From Candidatus Limnocylindria bacterium (lineage in GTDB: Bacteria; Chloroflexota; Limnocylindria; P2-11E): DNA of 60,843 nucleotides. The stretch lies in the NCBI GenBank assembly GCA_035699805.1, contig DASSPF010000041.1, positions 1 to 60,843 on the forward strand, in the 5' to 3' direction. How positions within the stretch are numbered: the stretch's first letter is position 1; the number at the start of each line of letters is the position of its first letter. Made by a program: the position numbers and the translations under genes. Below the pieces are notes generated by a model, which was given only the letters and a program-made list of their open reading frames with translations, searched no databases and was not told the origin of the DNA. This document shows, in pieces, positions 27,790-37,909 of this stretch.

Positions 27790-28957
27790 GGTGGTCATCC
27801 TTGGCGCCGCCCGCACACCCATCGGCGGCTTCCTCGGCGGGCTCGCGCCCCTGGCCGCGCCGAAGCTCGGCTCGGTGGCCATCCGCTGCGCGCTCGAGCG
27901 CGCCGGCGTGCGGCCGGATCAGGTGGACGAGGTCTTCATGGGCAACGTCATCCAGGCCGGCGTCGGTCAGGCGCCGGCGCGTCAGGCCGCGCTCGGCGCG
28001 GGGATCCCTACGAGCGTGCCCTGCACCACCGTGAACAAGGTGTGCGGCTCGGGGCTCAAGACGGTCATGCTCGCGGCGACGCAGATCGCGGCGGGTGAGG
28101 CGCAGCTGCTGGTCGCCGGCGGCATGGAGAGCATGTCGAACGCGCCGTACCTCATGCGTGGTGCGCGGACCGGCCTTTCGCTCGGCGAGCACGCCATGGA
28201 GGACGCCAATCTCACCGACGGCCTGGTGGACGCGTACGGCCACGGGCACATGGGTCTGGGCGGCGAGCTCACCGCCACGCAGTGCCGACTCTCGCGCGAG
28301 GACCAGGACCGCTTCGCGCTCGCGTCGTATGAGAAGGCGCTCGCCGCGCAGCAGAGCGGTGCGTTCGACGCCGAGATCGCCGCGGTCGAGGTGCCCGGGC
28401 GCAAGGGCGCGGTCACGGTGGTGAGCCGCGACGAGACGCCGCGCGAGACGACGCTCGCCACGCTCGCCGCGCTCCGACCGGTGTTCAAGAGCGACGGCAC
28501 CGTGACCGCGGGGAACGCCTCGAAGCTGAACGACGGGGCGGCCGCGGTGGTGGTCGCGTCGCGCGAGCGCGCGCGCGAGCTCGGCGCGACGGCGCTCGCG
28601 CGGGTCGTGGCGCAGGGGCAGTTCGCGCACGAGCCGGAGCGGTTCCTCACCGCGCCGAAGGGCGCGATCGAGCGCGTGCTCGAGAAGGCCGGCTGGACCG
28701 TCGCGGACACCGATCTCTTCGAGGTGAACGAGGCCTTCAGCGGCGTGGAGTGCGTGCGCCGCGAGCTGGACATCCCCGAGGCGAAGTTCAACGTGAACGG
28801 TGGCGCGGTCGCGCTCGGCCACCCCATCGGCGCGAGCGGCACCCGCCTGCTGGTGACGCTCCTCTACGCGCTGCGCGCGCGCGGGAAGCGGCGTGGCATC
28901 GTCTCGCTCTGCCTGGGCGGCGGCGAGGCCGTCGCCCTCGCGGTGGAGATCGCGTAA
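27782..28957 (+). CDS. Acetyl-CoA C-acetyltransferase (thiolase II)
   Basis: VNKVCGSGLK contains the active-site Cys. The C-terminus has NVNGGAVALGHPIGASG and CLGGGEA. Confidence 0.93.
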   Translation: MTEVVILGAARTPIGGFLGGLAPLAAPKLGSVAIRCALERAGVRPDQVDEVFMGNVIQAGVGQAPARQAALGAGIPTSVPCTTVNKVCGSGLKTVMLAATQIAAGEAQLLVAGGMESMSNAPYLMRGARTGLSLGEHAMEDANLTDGLVDAYGHGHMGLGGELTATQCRLSREDQDRFALASYEKALAAQQSGAFDAEIAAVEVPGRKGAVTVVSRDETPRETTLATLAALRPVFKSDGTVTAGNASKLNDGAAAVVVASRERARELGATALARVVAQGQFAHEPERFLTAPKGAIERVLEKAGWTVADTDLFEVNEAFSGVECVRRELDIPEAKFNVNGGAVALGHPIGASGTRLLVTLLYALRARGKRRGIVSLCLGGGEAVALAVEIA

Positions 28958-29800
28958 ATGGAGCGCATCGGCGTGGTGGGTGCCGGCACCATGGGTGCCG
29001 GCATCGCGCAGACATTCGCCACCGCGGGCCACGAGGTCACCATGGTGGACGTCGGCGCGGCGCAGCTCGAGCGCGGCATGACCGCGATCGCGGCATCGCT
29101 GGCCAAGCTGGAGGAGAAGCAGAAGCTCCCGGCGGCGGCGGCCGAGATCGCCGCACGGATCCGCACGAGCACCGACATCGCGGCGCTCGCCGATGCCGGT
29201 CTCGTGGTGGAGGCCGCCTACGAGGATCCCGCGGTGAAGAAGGAGCTCTTCGCCACCCTCGACCGGGTCACGCGTCCGGAGGTCATCCTCGCCTCGAACA
29301 CGTCCTCCATCTCGATCGGGGCACTCGCCGCGCGCACCGGGCGGCCCGAGCGCGTGGCCGGAATGCATTTCATGAACCCCGTCCCGCTCATGACGCTCGT
29401 GGAGGTCGTGAAGGGCCAGCGGACATCGTCCGAGACAGTGGCCACCATCTGCGACCTCGCGCGCCGTCTGGGCAAGACGCCGGTCGTCTCCGCCGACCGC
29501 CCGGGCTTCATCGCCAACCGCATCCTCATGCCGATGATCAACGAGGCGTTCCGCGCGCTCGAGGAGGGGGTGGCCTCGGCCGAGGACATCGACACGGTCA
29601 TGACCCTCGGGATGAATCACCCCATCGGTCCGCTGCGGCTGGCGGACCTCATCGGGCTCGATGTCTGCCTGGCGGTCATGGGCGTGCTGGAGCGCGACCT
29701 CGGCGACGACAAGTACGCGGCCGCGAGATCGCTGCGCGAGCACGTCGCCGCCGGCCGGCTCGGCCGCAAGAGCGGCGCGGGTGTGTACACCTACCGATGA
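28958..29800 (+). CDS. hbd: 3-hydroxybutyryl-CoA dehydrogenase
   Basis: The Rossmann motif is IGVVGAGTMGAGIA. SNTSS, HFMNPVP and NRIL are typical of the 3-hydroxyacyl-CoA dehydrogenase family. Confidence 0.92.
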   Translation: MERIGVVGAGTMGAGIAQTFATAGHEVTMVDVGAAQLERGMTAIAASLAKLEEKQKLPAAAAEIAARIRTSTDIAALADAGLVVEAAYEDPAVKKELFATLDRVTRPEVILASNTSSISIGALAARTGRPERVAGMHFMNPVPLMTLVEVVKGQRTSSETVATICDLARRLGKTPVVSADRPGFIANRILMPMINEAFRALEEGVASAEDIDTVMTLGMNHPIGPLRLADLIGLDVCLAVMGVLERDLGDDKYAAARSLREHVAAGRLGRKSGAGVYTYR

Positions 29801-30177
29801 GTGCCACACACCCCGGCCGCCTCGGGCCGGTGACGGTCTTCAGCGCCCGGCGCAGCGAGGTCGTGCGCTTCTATCGCGACGTCGCGGGGCTCGCGCCGGA
29901 CGACGCCGGTGAGGTGACCTGGTTCGACACGGGCGACGCGAAGCTCGCGATCCACGATCCGGCGGACCGCCAGACGCCGGCGGAGGTCCGCGGGCAGCAG
30001 GCCTTCGTCGTCTGGCTCGGCGTGGACGATGTGCGCGTGGTGTACGAGCGGGCCAAGGCCGCCGGTGCGACCATCGGCGAGTTCCACGGCGACTTCTTCT
30101 ACGCCAAGGACCCCGAGGGCCGGTTCGTCGGCTTCTACGCATTGGAGGAGCACCATGGCCACGACCACGCGCACTGA
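29797..30177 (+). CDS. VOC/glyoxalase-family small protein with a His-rich C-terminus
   Basis: A 126-aa protein with a beta-alpha-beta-beta-beta-like pattern. The tail is EEHHGHDHAH. There is an ATGA overlap with hbd. Confidence 0.6.
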   Translation: MSATHPGRLGPVTVFSARRSEVVRFYRDVAGLAPDDAGEVTWFDTGDAKLAIHDPADRQTPAEVRGQQAFVVWLGVDDVRVVYERAKAAGATIGEFHGDFFYAKDPEGRFVGFYALEEHHGHDHAH

Positions 30178-31333
30178 GCCGTCCGCGGGGTTCGACCTCG
30201 AGCTCACCAGCGAGCAGGCGATGGTCCAGCGCACCGCGCGCGACTTCGCGCAGGAGAAGGTGCTCCCGCTCGCGCACCAGATCGACGAGCAGAAGGACGT
30301 GCCCGCGGCGCTCGTCACGGAGATGGGGCGCCTCGGCTTCATGGGGATCGACGTGCCCGAGCAGTACGGCGGCTCCGGGCTCGACTCGCTCACGTACGTG
30401 CTCGTGGTGGAGGAGATCAACCGCGCCTGCGCGTCCACCGGCGTGACGCTCTGCACCCATGTGAGCCTGGCGATCGAGCCGATCCTGCGCTTCGGCACCG
30501 ACGCGCAAAAGGCCAAGTGGCTGCCGGCCATGGCGCGCGGCGAGACGCTCGGCTGCTTCGCGCTCTCCGAGCCGGCCACGGGCAGCGACGCCGCCGCCAT
30601 GCGCATGACCGCGCGCCGCGAGGGCGACGTCTTCGTGCTGAACGGGACGAAGAACTTCATCACCAACGGCTCGAAGGCCGGGATCGCCATCGTGTTCGCG
30701 CAGACGGATCCGGCGCTGCGGCACAAGGGCATCGCCGCGTTCGTCGTCGAGAAGGGCACGCCCGGCTTGGGCGTGGGGAAGCTCGAGTCCAAGCTCGGGA
30801 TCCGCGGATCGGACACCGCGCAGCTGGTCTTTCAGGACTGCCGCGTCCCCGCCGCGAACCTCATCGGCGAGGTCGGCCAGGGCTTCAAGATCGCGCTCGC
30901 GACGCTCGACGGCGGCCGCATCAGCATCGCAGCGCAGGCGGTGGGCATCGCCCGCGCCTGCCTCGAGGACGCGCTCGCCTATGCGAAGGAGCGCGAGGCG
31001 TTCGGCAAGCGCATCGCGGACTTCCAGGCGATCCAGGCGATGCTCGCCGACATGTCCACCGAGGTGGACGCCGCGCGCCTTTTGGTGTGGCGCGCCGCGA
31101 CCATGCGCGATCGCGGCGAGCCGCACCGCATGGAAGCCGCGCAGGCGAAGCTCCTCGCCAGCGACATCGCCATGAAGGCGGCACGGAATTGCGTGCAGAT
31201 CTTCGGCGGGTATGGCTACCTCACCGACTTCCCGGCCGAGCGTCACTACCGCGACGCGAAGATCACCGAGATCTACGAAGGGACGAGCGAGATCATGAAG
31301 CTGGTCATCGCCGAGGAGATGCTCGAGGAGTGA
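30155..31333 (+). CDS. Acyl-CoA dehydrogenase (short-chain/butyryl-CoA type)
   Basis: ALSEPATGSDAA, QIFGGYGY and YEGTSEI are ACAD signatures. GGAGGAG lies upstream of the ATG at 30155. Confidence 0.92.
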   Translation: MATTTRTEPSAGFDLELTSEQAMVQRTARDFAQEKVLPLAHQIDEQKDVPAALVTEMGRLGFMGIDVPEQYGGSGLDSLTYVLVVEEINRACASTGVTLCTHVSLAIEPILRFGTDAQKAKWLPAMARGETLGCFALSEPATGSDAAAMRMTARREGDVFVLNGTKNFITNGSKAGIAIVFAQTDPALRHKGIAAFVVEKGTPGLGVGKLESKLGIRGSDTAQLVFQDCRVPAANLIGEVGQGFKIALATLDGGRISIAAQAVGIARACLEDALAYAKEREAFGKRIADFQAIQAMLADMSTEVDAARLLVWRAATMRDRGEPHRMEAAQAKLLASDIAMKAARNCVQIFGGYGYLTDFPAERHYRDAKITEIYEGTSEIMKLVIAEEMLEE

Positions 31334-31340
31334 GCGTTCC

Positions 31341-33377
31341 GTGACCGCTCCCACGGGCAGCTTCGTCTGGGGCGGGGCGATCCTGCTCGTTCTCACGCTC
31401 CTGGCGTTCGGTGCGTTCGGGCTGCGGGTCTGGCACCTGTACCGCCTCTTGCGGCTCGGCCGCGACGAGACCCGGCTGGACCACGGCTGGCGGCGGGTGC
31501 GTGACGAGCTGGTCATCTACCTGGGGCAGCGCAAGCTCCTCACGCGCCCCTACTACCTGCGCGGGCTCGGGCACGCGCTCATCTTCTGGGGTTTCCTCGT
31601 CATCACCTACGGCAGCGCGGACCTCCTACTGCGCGGCATCCTCGGCTGGCACCTGCCGTTGACCGACAGCGGCCTGTACGCGTGGTCGCTCGATCTCTTC
31701 GCGATCGCGGTGCTCGCCTCGATCGTCATCGCGCTCTATCGGCGTGCCGTGCTCCATCCCGCGCACATGCACATCGCGCGCGAGGGCTACCTGATCCTCG
31801 GCCTCATCGCGTTCCTCATGCTGACGCTCCTGGCCTTCGAGGGCGCGGGCGTCGCGGCGGGGATGCTCGAGCCGGGCGCGGCCGCGCCGCCGCTCGCGGG
31901 CGCGATGCGCGAGCTGTTCCCCGGCACCTCGTCGTCCACCGTCTTCTTCTGGTCGTGGTGGGCGCACGTCGTGACCGTGCTCGGCTTCGCCGTCTATCTG
32001 CCGCGCACGAAGCATCTGCACATCGTCACCACGCTGCCCAACGTGTTCTTCCGCTCGCAGCGCCCGCGCGGCGCGCTCGCGCTCATCGAGGGCATCGAGG
32101 AGCGGGAGACCTTCGGCGCCGCGACGATCCGCGACTTTTCGTGGAAGCAGCTTCTCGACGGCTACACCTGCACCGAGTGCGGCCGCTGCTCGGACAACTG
32201 CCCAGCGCTCGCCACGGGCAAGCCGCTCGACCCGCAGCGCATCGTCCTGGACATCCGCGACCAGCTGCTCCGAGAGGGTCCGAAGCTGCTCGCCGACCCG
32301 GCGGCGGCCACGACCGCACCCGCGCACTGGAGCGCGACGAAGCCGGAGGAGCTCTGGGCCTGCACCACCTGCGCCGCGTGCGTGGAGGCGTGCCCGGTCA
32401 CGATCGAGCACATCGACAAGATCGTGGACATGCGCCGCAACCTCGCCCTCATGGAGGGGGCGATGCCGGCGGAGGCGCAGCGGTCCATGACGAACATCGA
32501 GCGCGCCGGGAACCCCTGGGGCGAGCCGCGCGCCGCCCGGGGCGAGTGGGCCGCCGGCCTGGACATCCCCACGTTCGCCGAGAGACCCGACGCCGAGTAT
32601 CTCTACTTCGTCGGCTGCGCCGGCTCGTACGACCGCCGCAACCAGAAGGTCGCGCGCTCGCTGGCGACCATCCTGCGCGCCGCGGGCGTCTCGTTCGCGA
32701 TCCTCGGCGCCGAGGAGACCTGCAACGGCGATCCCGCCCGCCGGCTCGGCAACGAGTACCTCTGGCAGATCCAGGCGCAGCAGAACATCGAGGTGCTGAA
32801 CGGGCACGGCGTGAAGAAGGTCATCACCAGCTGCCCGCACTGCTTCAACACCATCGCCAACGAGTTCCCGCAGCTGGGTGGCCGGTACGAGGTCGTCCAC
32901 GCGCTGCAGCTCGTGCAGCGGCTCATCGCGGAGAAGAAGATCACCCTCAGCGATGGCGAGGCCGACATCGTCGCGTACCACGACCCCTGCTACCTCGGCC
33001 GGCACAACGGCATCTATGACGAGCCGCGCGCGGTGCTCGACGCCATCCCCGGCGTGGAACGAAAAGAGATCGCGCCGCACCACCGCGAGCGTGGCTTCTG
33101 CTGCGGCGCCGGCGGCGGCCGGATGTGGGTCGAGGAGAAGATGGGTCAGCGGGTGAACCACCGGCGCGTCGAGCAGCTGGTCATGGCGGATACCGGGGCC
33201 ACCAAGGTGGCGAGCGGCTGCCCCTACTGCCTGATCATGCTCGACGAGGGCGTCGGGGCAAGGGGCGTGCAGGACCAGATCAAGCCGGTCGACGTGCTGG
33301 AGCTCGTCGCCGCACGCCTCGTGGCGGCCGCGCCGGCGGAGCATTCGGCCCAACGCAGCGACAAGGAGATCGCGTGA
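31341..33377 (+). CDS. Membrane-bound (Fe-S) oxidoreductase, HdrD/GlpC-like with a polytopic N-domain (EtfD-like)
   Basis: About 5-6 N-terminal TM helices. There are two 4Fe-4S motifs, CTECGRCSDNCP and CTTCAACVEACP, and two CCG-type Cys-rich domains (VGCAGSY...CPHC; HDPCYLG...CCGAGGG...CPYC). It sits directly upstream of etfBA. Confidence 0.85.
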   Translation: MTAPTGSFVWGGAILLVLTLLAFGAFGLRVWHLYRLLRLGRDETRLDHGWRRVRDELVIYLGQRKLLTRPYYLRGLGHALIFWGFLVITYGSADLLLRGILGWHLPLTDSGLYAWSLDLFAIAVLASIVIALYRRAVLHPAHMHIAREGYLILGLIAFLMLTLLAFEGAGVAAGMLEPGAAAPPLAGAMRELFPGTSSSTVFFWSWWAHVVTVLGFAVYLPRTKHLHIVTTLPNVFFRSQRPRGALALIEGIEERETFGAATIRDFSWKQLLDGYTCTECGRCSDNCPALATGKPLDPQRIVLDIRDQLLREGPKLLADPAAATTAPAHWSATKPEELWACTTCAACVEACPVTIEHIDKIVDMRRNLALMEGAMPAEAQRSMTNIERAGNPWGEPRAARGEWAAGLDIPTFAERPDAEYLYFVGCAGSYDRRNQKVARSLATILRAAGVSFAILGAEETCNGDPARRLGNEYLWQIQAQQNIEVLNGHGVKKVITSCPHCFNTIANEFPQLGGRYEVVHALQLVQRLIAEKKITLSDGEADIVAYHDPCYLGRHNGIYDEPRAVLDAIPGVERKEIAPHHRERGFCCGAGGGRMWVEEKMGQRVNHRRVEQLVMADTGATKVASGCPYCLIMLDEGVGARGVQDQIKPVDVLELVAARLVAAAPAEHSAQRSDKEIA

Positions 33378-33378
33378 G

Positions 33379-34152
33379 ATGAGATTCCTGGTGTGCCTCA
33401 AGCAGGTCCCCGATTCGACGGTGCGCGTGAAGGTCGGCGCCGACGGCCGCTCGATCGCCACCGAGGGTGTGACCTGGTCGATCTCGCCGTACGACGAGTA
33501 CGCCATCGAGCTCGCGCTCGAGCGCAAGGACGCTGACCCGACCACTGTCGTGAGCGTCGTCACCGTGGGGCCGGCGCGCTCGCGCGACGCGCTGCGCCAG
33601 GCGCTCGCGATGGGCTGCGACGACGCGACGCTGGTGCTGGCGGAGGTGCCGCTCGGCGGCCTGGACGTGGCGAAGGCGCTCGCCAAGATCGTGGAGGAGC
33701 TCCGGCCCGAGGTGGTCCTCTGCGGCAAGCAGGCCTCGGACGACGATCAGGGTCTGGTCGGGCCGGCCCTCGCCGAGACGCTCGGCTGGCCGCACGTCGG
33801 CATGCTCACCCGGCTCGTGCCGGGTGCCGAGGGGATCGAGCTCTGGCGCGAGGCCGAGGGCGGACACGAGGTGTGGCGCGCCACACCGCCGGTCGTCGGG
33901 CTGGTGCACAAGTCGGAGAAGGAGCCGCGCTACCCGAGCCTCCCGGGGATCATGAAGGCGAAGAAGAAGGAGATCCCGGAGAAGACGCTGGAGTCGCTCG
34001 GTGTGACCGCCAATGGTCCGACGGACGACGTCGTCTCCATGGAGCCGCCGCCGCAGCGTGGCGGCGGCAAGATCTTCAAGCTCGACGGCGACCCCGCTGG
34101 TGTCGCGGCGACGCTCGCGCAGGCGCTCCACGAGGAGGCGAAGGTCCTATGA
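33379..34152 (+). CDS. etfB: Electron transfer flavoprotein beta subunit
   Basis: MRFLVCLKQVPDS...SPYDEYAIE...CGKQASDDD is a canonical EtfB. Confidence 0.93.
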   Translation: MRFLVCLKQVPDSTVRVKVGADGRSIATEGVTWSISPYDEYAIELALERKDADPTTVVSVVTVGPARSRDALRQALAMGCDDATLVLAEVPLGGLDVAKALAKIVEELRPEVVLCGKQASDDDQGLVGPALAETLGWPHVGMLTRLVPGAEGIELWREAEGGHEVWRATPPVVGLVHKSEKEPRYPSLPGIMKAKKKEIPEKTLESLGVTANGPTDDVVSMEPPPQRGGGKIFKLDGDPAGVAATLAQALHEEAKVL

Positions 34153-35051
34153 AGATCCTCGTCGTCGCGGAACGCCGGTCCGGCGAGGTGCGCCGGGTCT
34201 CGCTGGAGATCGCGGCCAAGGCCGCGGGGCTCGGCGAGTGCGAGGTCGTCGCAGTGGATCCCCCGGGTGGGAAGGAGCAGGCGCGCTACTCGCCAGTGGC
34301 CCACGCGACCGCCGTGGCCGAGAAGGCGCGGGCCTCGGGCGCCAAGGTGGTGCTCGTGGGCGCGACGCTCGACGGGCGCGACCTCGCCGCTCGTCTGGCG
34401 GCGAAGCTCGGGTGGTCGTATGCGGCCGACTGCACCGACGTCGCGGTCGAGGATGGATCCATCGTCGCGAAGCGCGCGATGTACGCGGGCAAGATCCGCG
34501 CGACCGTGCGCGTCGCGCTTCCCGCGGTCATCTCGGTGCGGCCGGGCGCGTGGACGCTCCCGAGCGGCGCCGCAGCGCCCGCGATCGTCGACATCGACGC
34601 GGCCGCGGACGACCCGCGCGTGGCGTTCGTTCGGTTCGAGGCCACATCGAGCGGCGGCAAGCGCGTGACGCTGGCCGAGGCGCGCACCATCGTGTCTGCC
34701 GGACGCGGGCTCAAAGGGCCCGAGAACTGGAAGATGGTCGAGGAGCTCGCCGACGTCCTCGGCGCGGCGACCGGCGCATCCCGCGCGGTGACCGACGCCG
34801 GGTGGCGGCCGAACGAGGAGCAGGTCGGCCAGACCGGGAAGACCGTGACGCCGGACCTGTACATCGCGCTCGGCATCTCGGGCGCCATCCAGCACCTGGC
34901 GGGCATGACCGCGTCCAAGGTGATCGTCGCCGTGAACAAGGATCCCGACGCCGACATCTTCAAGATCGCCGACTACGGCGTCGTGGGCGACCTCTTCGAG
35001 TTCGTCCCAGCGTTCACCGAGGCGGTGAAGAAGGTGAAGGGTCGTGGCTGA
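34149..35051 (+). CDS. etfA: Electron transfer flavoprotein alpha subunit
   Basis: The C-terminal FAD-binding region is GQTGKTVTPDLYIALGISGAIQHLAGM. There is an ATGA overlap with etfB. Confidence 0.93.
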   Translation: MKILVVAERRSGEVRRVSLEIAAKAAGLGECEVVAVDPPGGKEQARYSPVAHATAVAEKARASGAKVVLVGATLDGRDLAARLAAKLGWSYAADCTDVAVEDGSIVAKRAMYAGKIRATVRVALPAVISVRPGAWTLPSGAAAPAIVDIDAAADDPRVAFVRFEATSSGGKRVTLAEARTIVSAGRGLKGPENWKMVEELADVLGAATGASRAVTDAGWRPNEEQVGQTGKTVTPDLYIALGISGAIQHLAGMTASKVIVAVNKDPDADIFKIADYGVVGDLFEFVPAFTEAVKKVKGRG

Positions 35052-35075
35052 GCGGTCACCGCGGCGGTCGGGCCG

Positions 35076-36233
35076 ATGAAGCTCGTCCCGAGCCGGACCG
35101 ACAGCGAGCTCGCGCTCGCGGTGCGTTCCTGGGCGGCGAGCCTGGACCCGCGCATCGCGCCGGCGGAGGAGGCGGGCACGCTCCCGCTGGACGTCGTGCG
35201 CGAGCTCGGGGACCTTGGCGTCCTGGGCATGACGGTCCCTGAGGCCGACGGCGGCCTGGGCGCGTCCGCGGTGGCGTTCGCGCTCGTCCTCGAGGAGCTC
35301 GCGCACCGCTGGCCGTCGCTTGCCCTGGGAGTCTCCGTGAACAGCGGCATCGTCGCGGGCTCGATCGTCCGCTACGGCACCCGCGAGCAGCGCGCACGCT
35401 GGCTGCCCACGCTCATGGACGGCCGCGGGCTCGGCGCGTTCGCGCTCACCGAGCCGGCGTCCGGCAGCGACGCGGCGTCGCTCCGTGCGACGGCGGTGCG
35501 CGACGGCGACGGCTGGCGCATCAGCGGGCAGAAGCAGTTCATCACCAGCGCGCGCTACGCACCGCTCTTCATCGTGCTCGCGCGTGACAGCGCGGCGGAG
35601 CCCGCTGACGCGCGCCCACAGGCCGGCGTCACCGCGTTCATCGTCCCGGCCGACGCCGCGGGTGTCAGGGTCGGTGCCGCCGAGGCGAAGACCGGGCTCC
35701 TCGCCTCGGACACGAGCGCGCTCGTCCTCGACGACGTGCGTGTGGCAGCCGACGCCGTGCTCGGCGAGGTGGGGAAGGGCTTCGCCATCGCCATGGCCGG
35801 CCTCGACGGCGGCCGGATCGGCATCGCCGCGCAGTCCGTGGGCATCGCGCGGGCCGCGGTGGACCGGGCCGTGGCCTACGGGCGCGGCCGCGCCCAGTTC
35901 GGACGGTCCATATTGGAGTTCGAGATGCCGCGCTTCTCGCTCGCGACCGCCCGCACCGAGATCGACGCCGCGCGCCTGCTCACGCACCGGGCCGCGTGGC
36001 TGCGCGACCTCGGCCGCCCCTTCACTCGCGAGGCGTCGATCGCCAAGCTGTACGCGAGCGAGGTCGCGCAGCGCGCGACCTACGCCGCGGTGCAGGTCTT
36101 CGGTGGATACGGGTACATGCGCGAGTACGGCGTGGAGCGCTACGCACGCGATGCGCGCGCGACCACCATCTACGAAGGGACGAGCGAGGTTCAGCGGCTG
36201 GTGATCGCGCGCTCGCTGCTCGGCGCGGCATGA
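35076..36233 (+). CDS. Acyl-CoA dehydrogenase
   Basis: [21 protein letters not shown] and YEGTSEVQ. Confidence 0.9.
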   Translation: MKLVPSRTDSELALAVRSWAASLDPRIAPAEEAGTLPLDVVRELGDLGVLGMTVPEADGGLGASAVAFALVLEELAHRWPSLALGVSVNSGIVAGSIVRYGTREQRARWLPTLMDGRGLGAFALTEPASGSDAASLRATAVRDGDGWRISGQKQFITSARYAPLFIVLARDSAAEPADARPQAGVTAFIVPADAAGVRVGAAEAKTGLLASDTSALVLDDVRVAADAVLGEVGKGFAIAMAGLDGGRIGIAAQSVGIARAAVDRAVAYGRGRAQFGRSILEFEMPRFSLATARTEIDAARLLTHRAAWLRDLGRPFTREASIAKLYASEVAQRATYAAVQVFGGYGYMREYGVERYARDARATTIYEGTSEVQRLVIARSLLGAA

Positions 36234-37909
36234 CGGAGATCGCGAGGACGGACAAGGGGCGCTGGCTCGAGGACGTGTACGGGCCGGCCGTGCGCAAGCG
36301 CGCGGAGCGGCGCGAGCGGTTCACCACGATCTCCGGCGAGCCGGTCGAGCCGCTGTACACGGCCGAGGATCTGGGCGGCTTCGACCCGACGCGCGATCTC
36401 GGTGCGCCTGGCGAGTTCCCGTACACCCGAGGCATCCATCCGACCATGTATCGCGGCCGGCTATGGACGATGCGCCAGTTCGCGGGATTCGGCTCGGCCG
36501 AGGACACCAACGAGCGCTTCCACTACCTGCTCGCGCACGGCGTGAACGGACTCTCGACCGCGTTCGATATGCCCACGCTCATGGGCCGCGATGCGGACGA
36601 TCCGCTCTCGCGCGGCGAGGTCGGCCGCGAGGGTGTGGCCGTCTCCACGCTGCGCGACATGGAGATCCTCTTCGACGGCATCCCGCTCGATGAGGTCACG
36701 ACATCCATGACCATCAACGGGCCGGCGTCGATCATCTGGGCGATGTACCTGGCGGCGGCGGAGCGTCGCGGGATCGCGCTCACGGCGCTCGGCGGGACGA
36801 TCCAGAACGACTGTCTCAAGGAGTACATCGCGCAGCGCGAGTGGATCGTCCCGGAGCGCGCGGCGATGGCCCTCGTCGTGGATACGTTCCGCTTCGGGGC
36901 GCGTGAGGTCCCCAAGTGGAACACCATCTCCGTCTCCGGGTACCACATCCGCGAGGCCGGAGCGACCGCGCTCCAGGAGCTCGCGTTCACGCTCATCGAC
37001 GGCCTCGAGTACGTGAAGTGGGGCGTGCGCGCCGGTCTGGACGTGAACGAGTTCGTCCCGCGCATGTCCTTCTTCTTCGACGTCCACAACGACTTCTTCG
37101 AGGAGATCGCCAAGTTCCGCGCCGCGCGCCGCATCTGGGCGCGCGAGATCGAGCGCCGCTATCACCCCACCAACCCGCGAGCGCTCCAGCTGCGCACCCA
37201 CGCGCAGACCGCGGGCGTCTCGCTCACGGCGCAGCAGCCGTACAACAACGTGGTCCGCGTGGCGCTCCAGGCCCTCGCCGCGGTGCTCGGCGGCACGCAG
37301 TCGCTGCACACGAACTCGCTCGACGAGACCTACGCCCTCCCCACGAAGGAGGCGGTGACGCTCGCGCTCCGGACGCAGCAGATCATCGCGCACGAGTCGG
37401 GGGTGGCCGACACGGTCGATCCGCTCGCGGGCTCGTACTACCTCGAGCACCTCACGCAGCGGATGGAGGAGGGCTTCGCGCGGTACCTCGCCGAGATCGA
37501 GGGGATGGGCGGTATGGTCGAGGCGGTGGAGCGCGGCTACCCGCAGCGCGAGATCACCGAGGCGTCGTTCCGCTTCCAGGAGCAGGTCGAGAAGCGCGAG
37601 AAGCTCATCGTCGGCATCAACGCGTACGCCACCGACCAGGACCCGCCGATCCCGCTCCTCCAGATCGACCCGGAGGTCGAGGCGAAGCAGGTCGCGCGGC
37701 TGGCCGAGGTGCGCCGCACGCGCGACGGCGGCCGCTGGCGCGAGTCGATGGACCGGCTGCGCGAGGCCGCGATCGCGGCGAAGACGAGCGATCGCGCGGA
37801 GCTCATGCCCGCGTTCCTCGAATGCGCGCGCGCCTACGCGAGCGTGGGCGAGCAGGTCCAGGTGCTGAAGGAGGTCTTCGGTGTCTACCGAGACCCGGGC
37901 TACTACTAG
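36230..37909 (+). CDS. B12-dependent acyl-CoA mutase, large catalytic subunit (methylmalonyl/isobutyryl-CoA mutase family; ICM-like F/Q signature)
   Basis: [32 protein letters not shown]...STAFDMPT...[17 protein letters not shown]. There is an ATGA overlap with the preceding ACAD gene. Confidence 0.92.
   Translation: MTEIARTDKGRWLEDVYGPAVRKRAERRERFTTISGEPVEPLYTAEDLGGFDPTRDLGAPGEFPYTRGIHPTMYRGRLWTMRQFAGFGSAEDTNERFHYLLAHGVNGLSTAFDMPTLMGRDADDPLSRGEVGREGVAVSTLRDMEILFDGIPLDEVTTSMTINGPASIIWAMYLAAAERRGIALTALGGTIQNDCLKEYIAQREWIVPERAAMALVVDTFRFGAREVPKWNTISVSGYHIREAGATALQELAFTLIDGLEYVKWGVRAGLDVNEFVPRMSFFFDVHNDFFEEIAKFRAARRIWAREIERRYHPTNPRALQLRTHAQTAGVSLTAQQPYNNVVRVALQALAAVLGGTQSLHTNSLDETYALPTKEAVTLALRTQQIIAHESGVADTVDPLAGSYYLEHLTQRMEEGFARYLAEIEGMGGMVEAVERGYPQREITEASFRFQEQVEKREKLIVGINAYATDQDPPIPLLQIDPEVEAKQVARLAEVRRTRDGGRWRESMDRLREAAIAAKTSDRAELMPAFLECARAYASVGEQVQVLKEVFGVYRDPGYY

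Noticed and set aside
29797-30177. Calling the VOC-family protein methylmalonyl-CoA epimerase because of the nearby mutase.
   Set aside because: I could not see the epimerase-typical conserved His/Glu pattern. The mutase itself looks ICM-like, so an epimerase is not required. The call was left as a generic VOC protein.
27656-35987. Three long minus-strand ORFs (27656..29809, 31626..33728, 33930..35987) of 685-717 aa.
   Set aside because: Each is antisense to textbook genes (thiolase/hbd, EtfD-like, etfA/ACAD) and has an Arg/His/Asp/Gly-rich artefactual composition.
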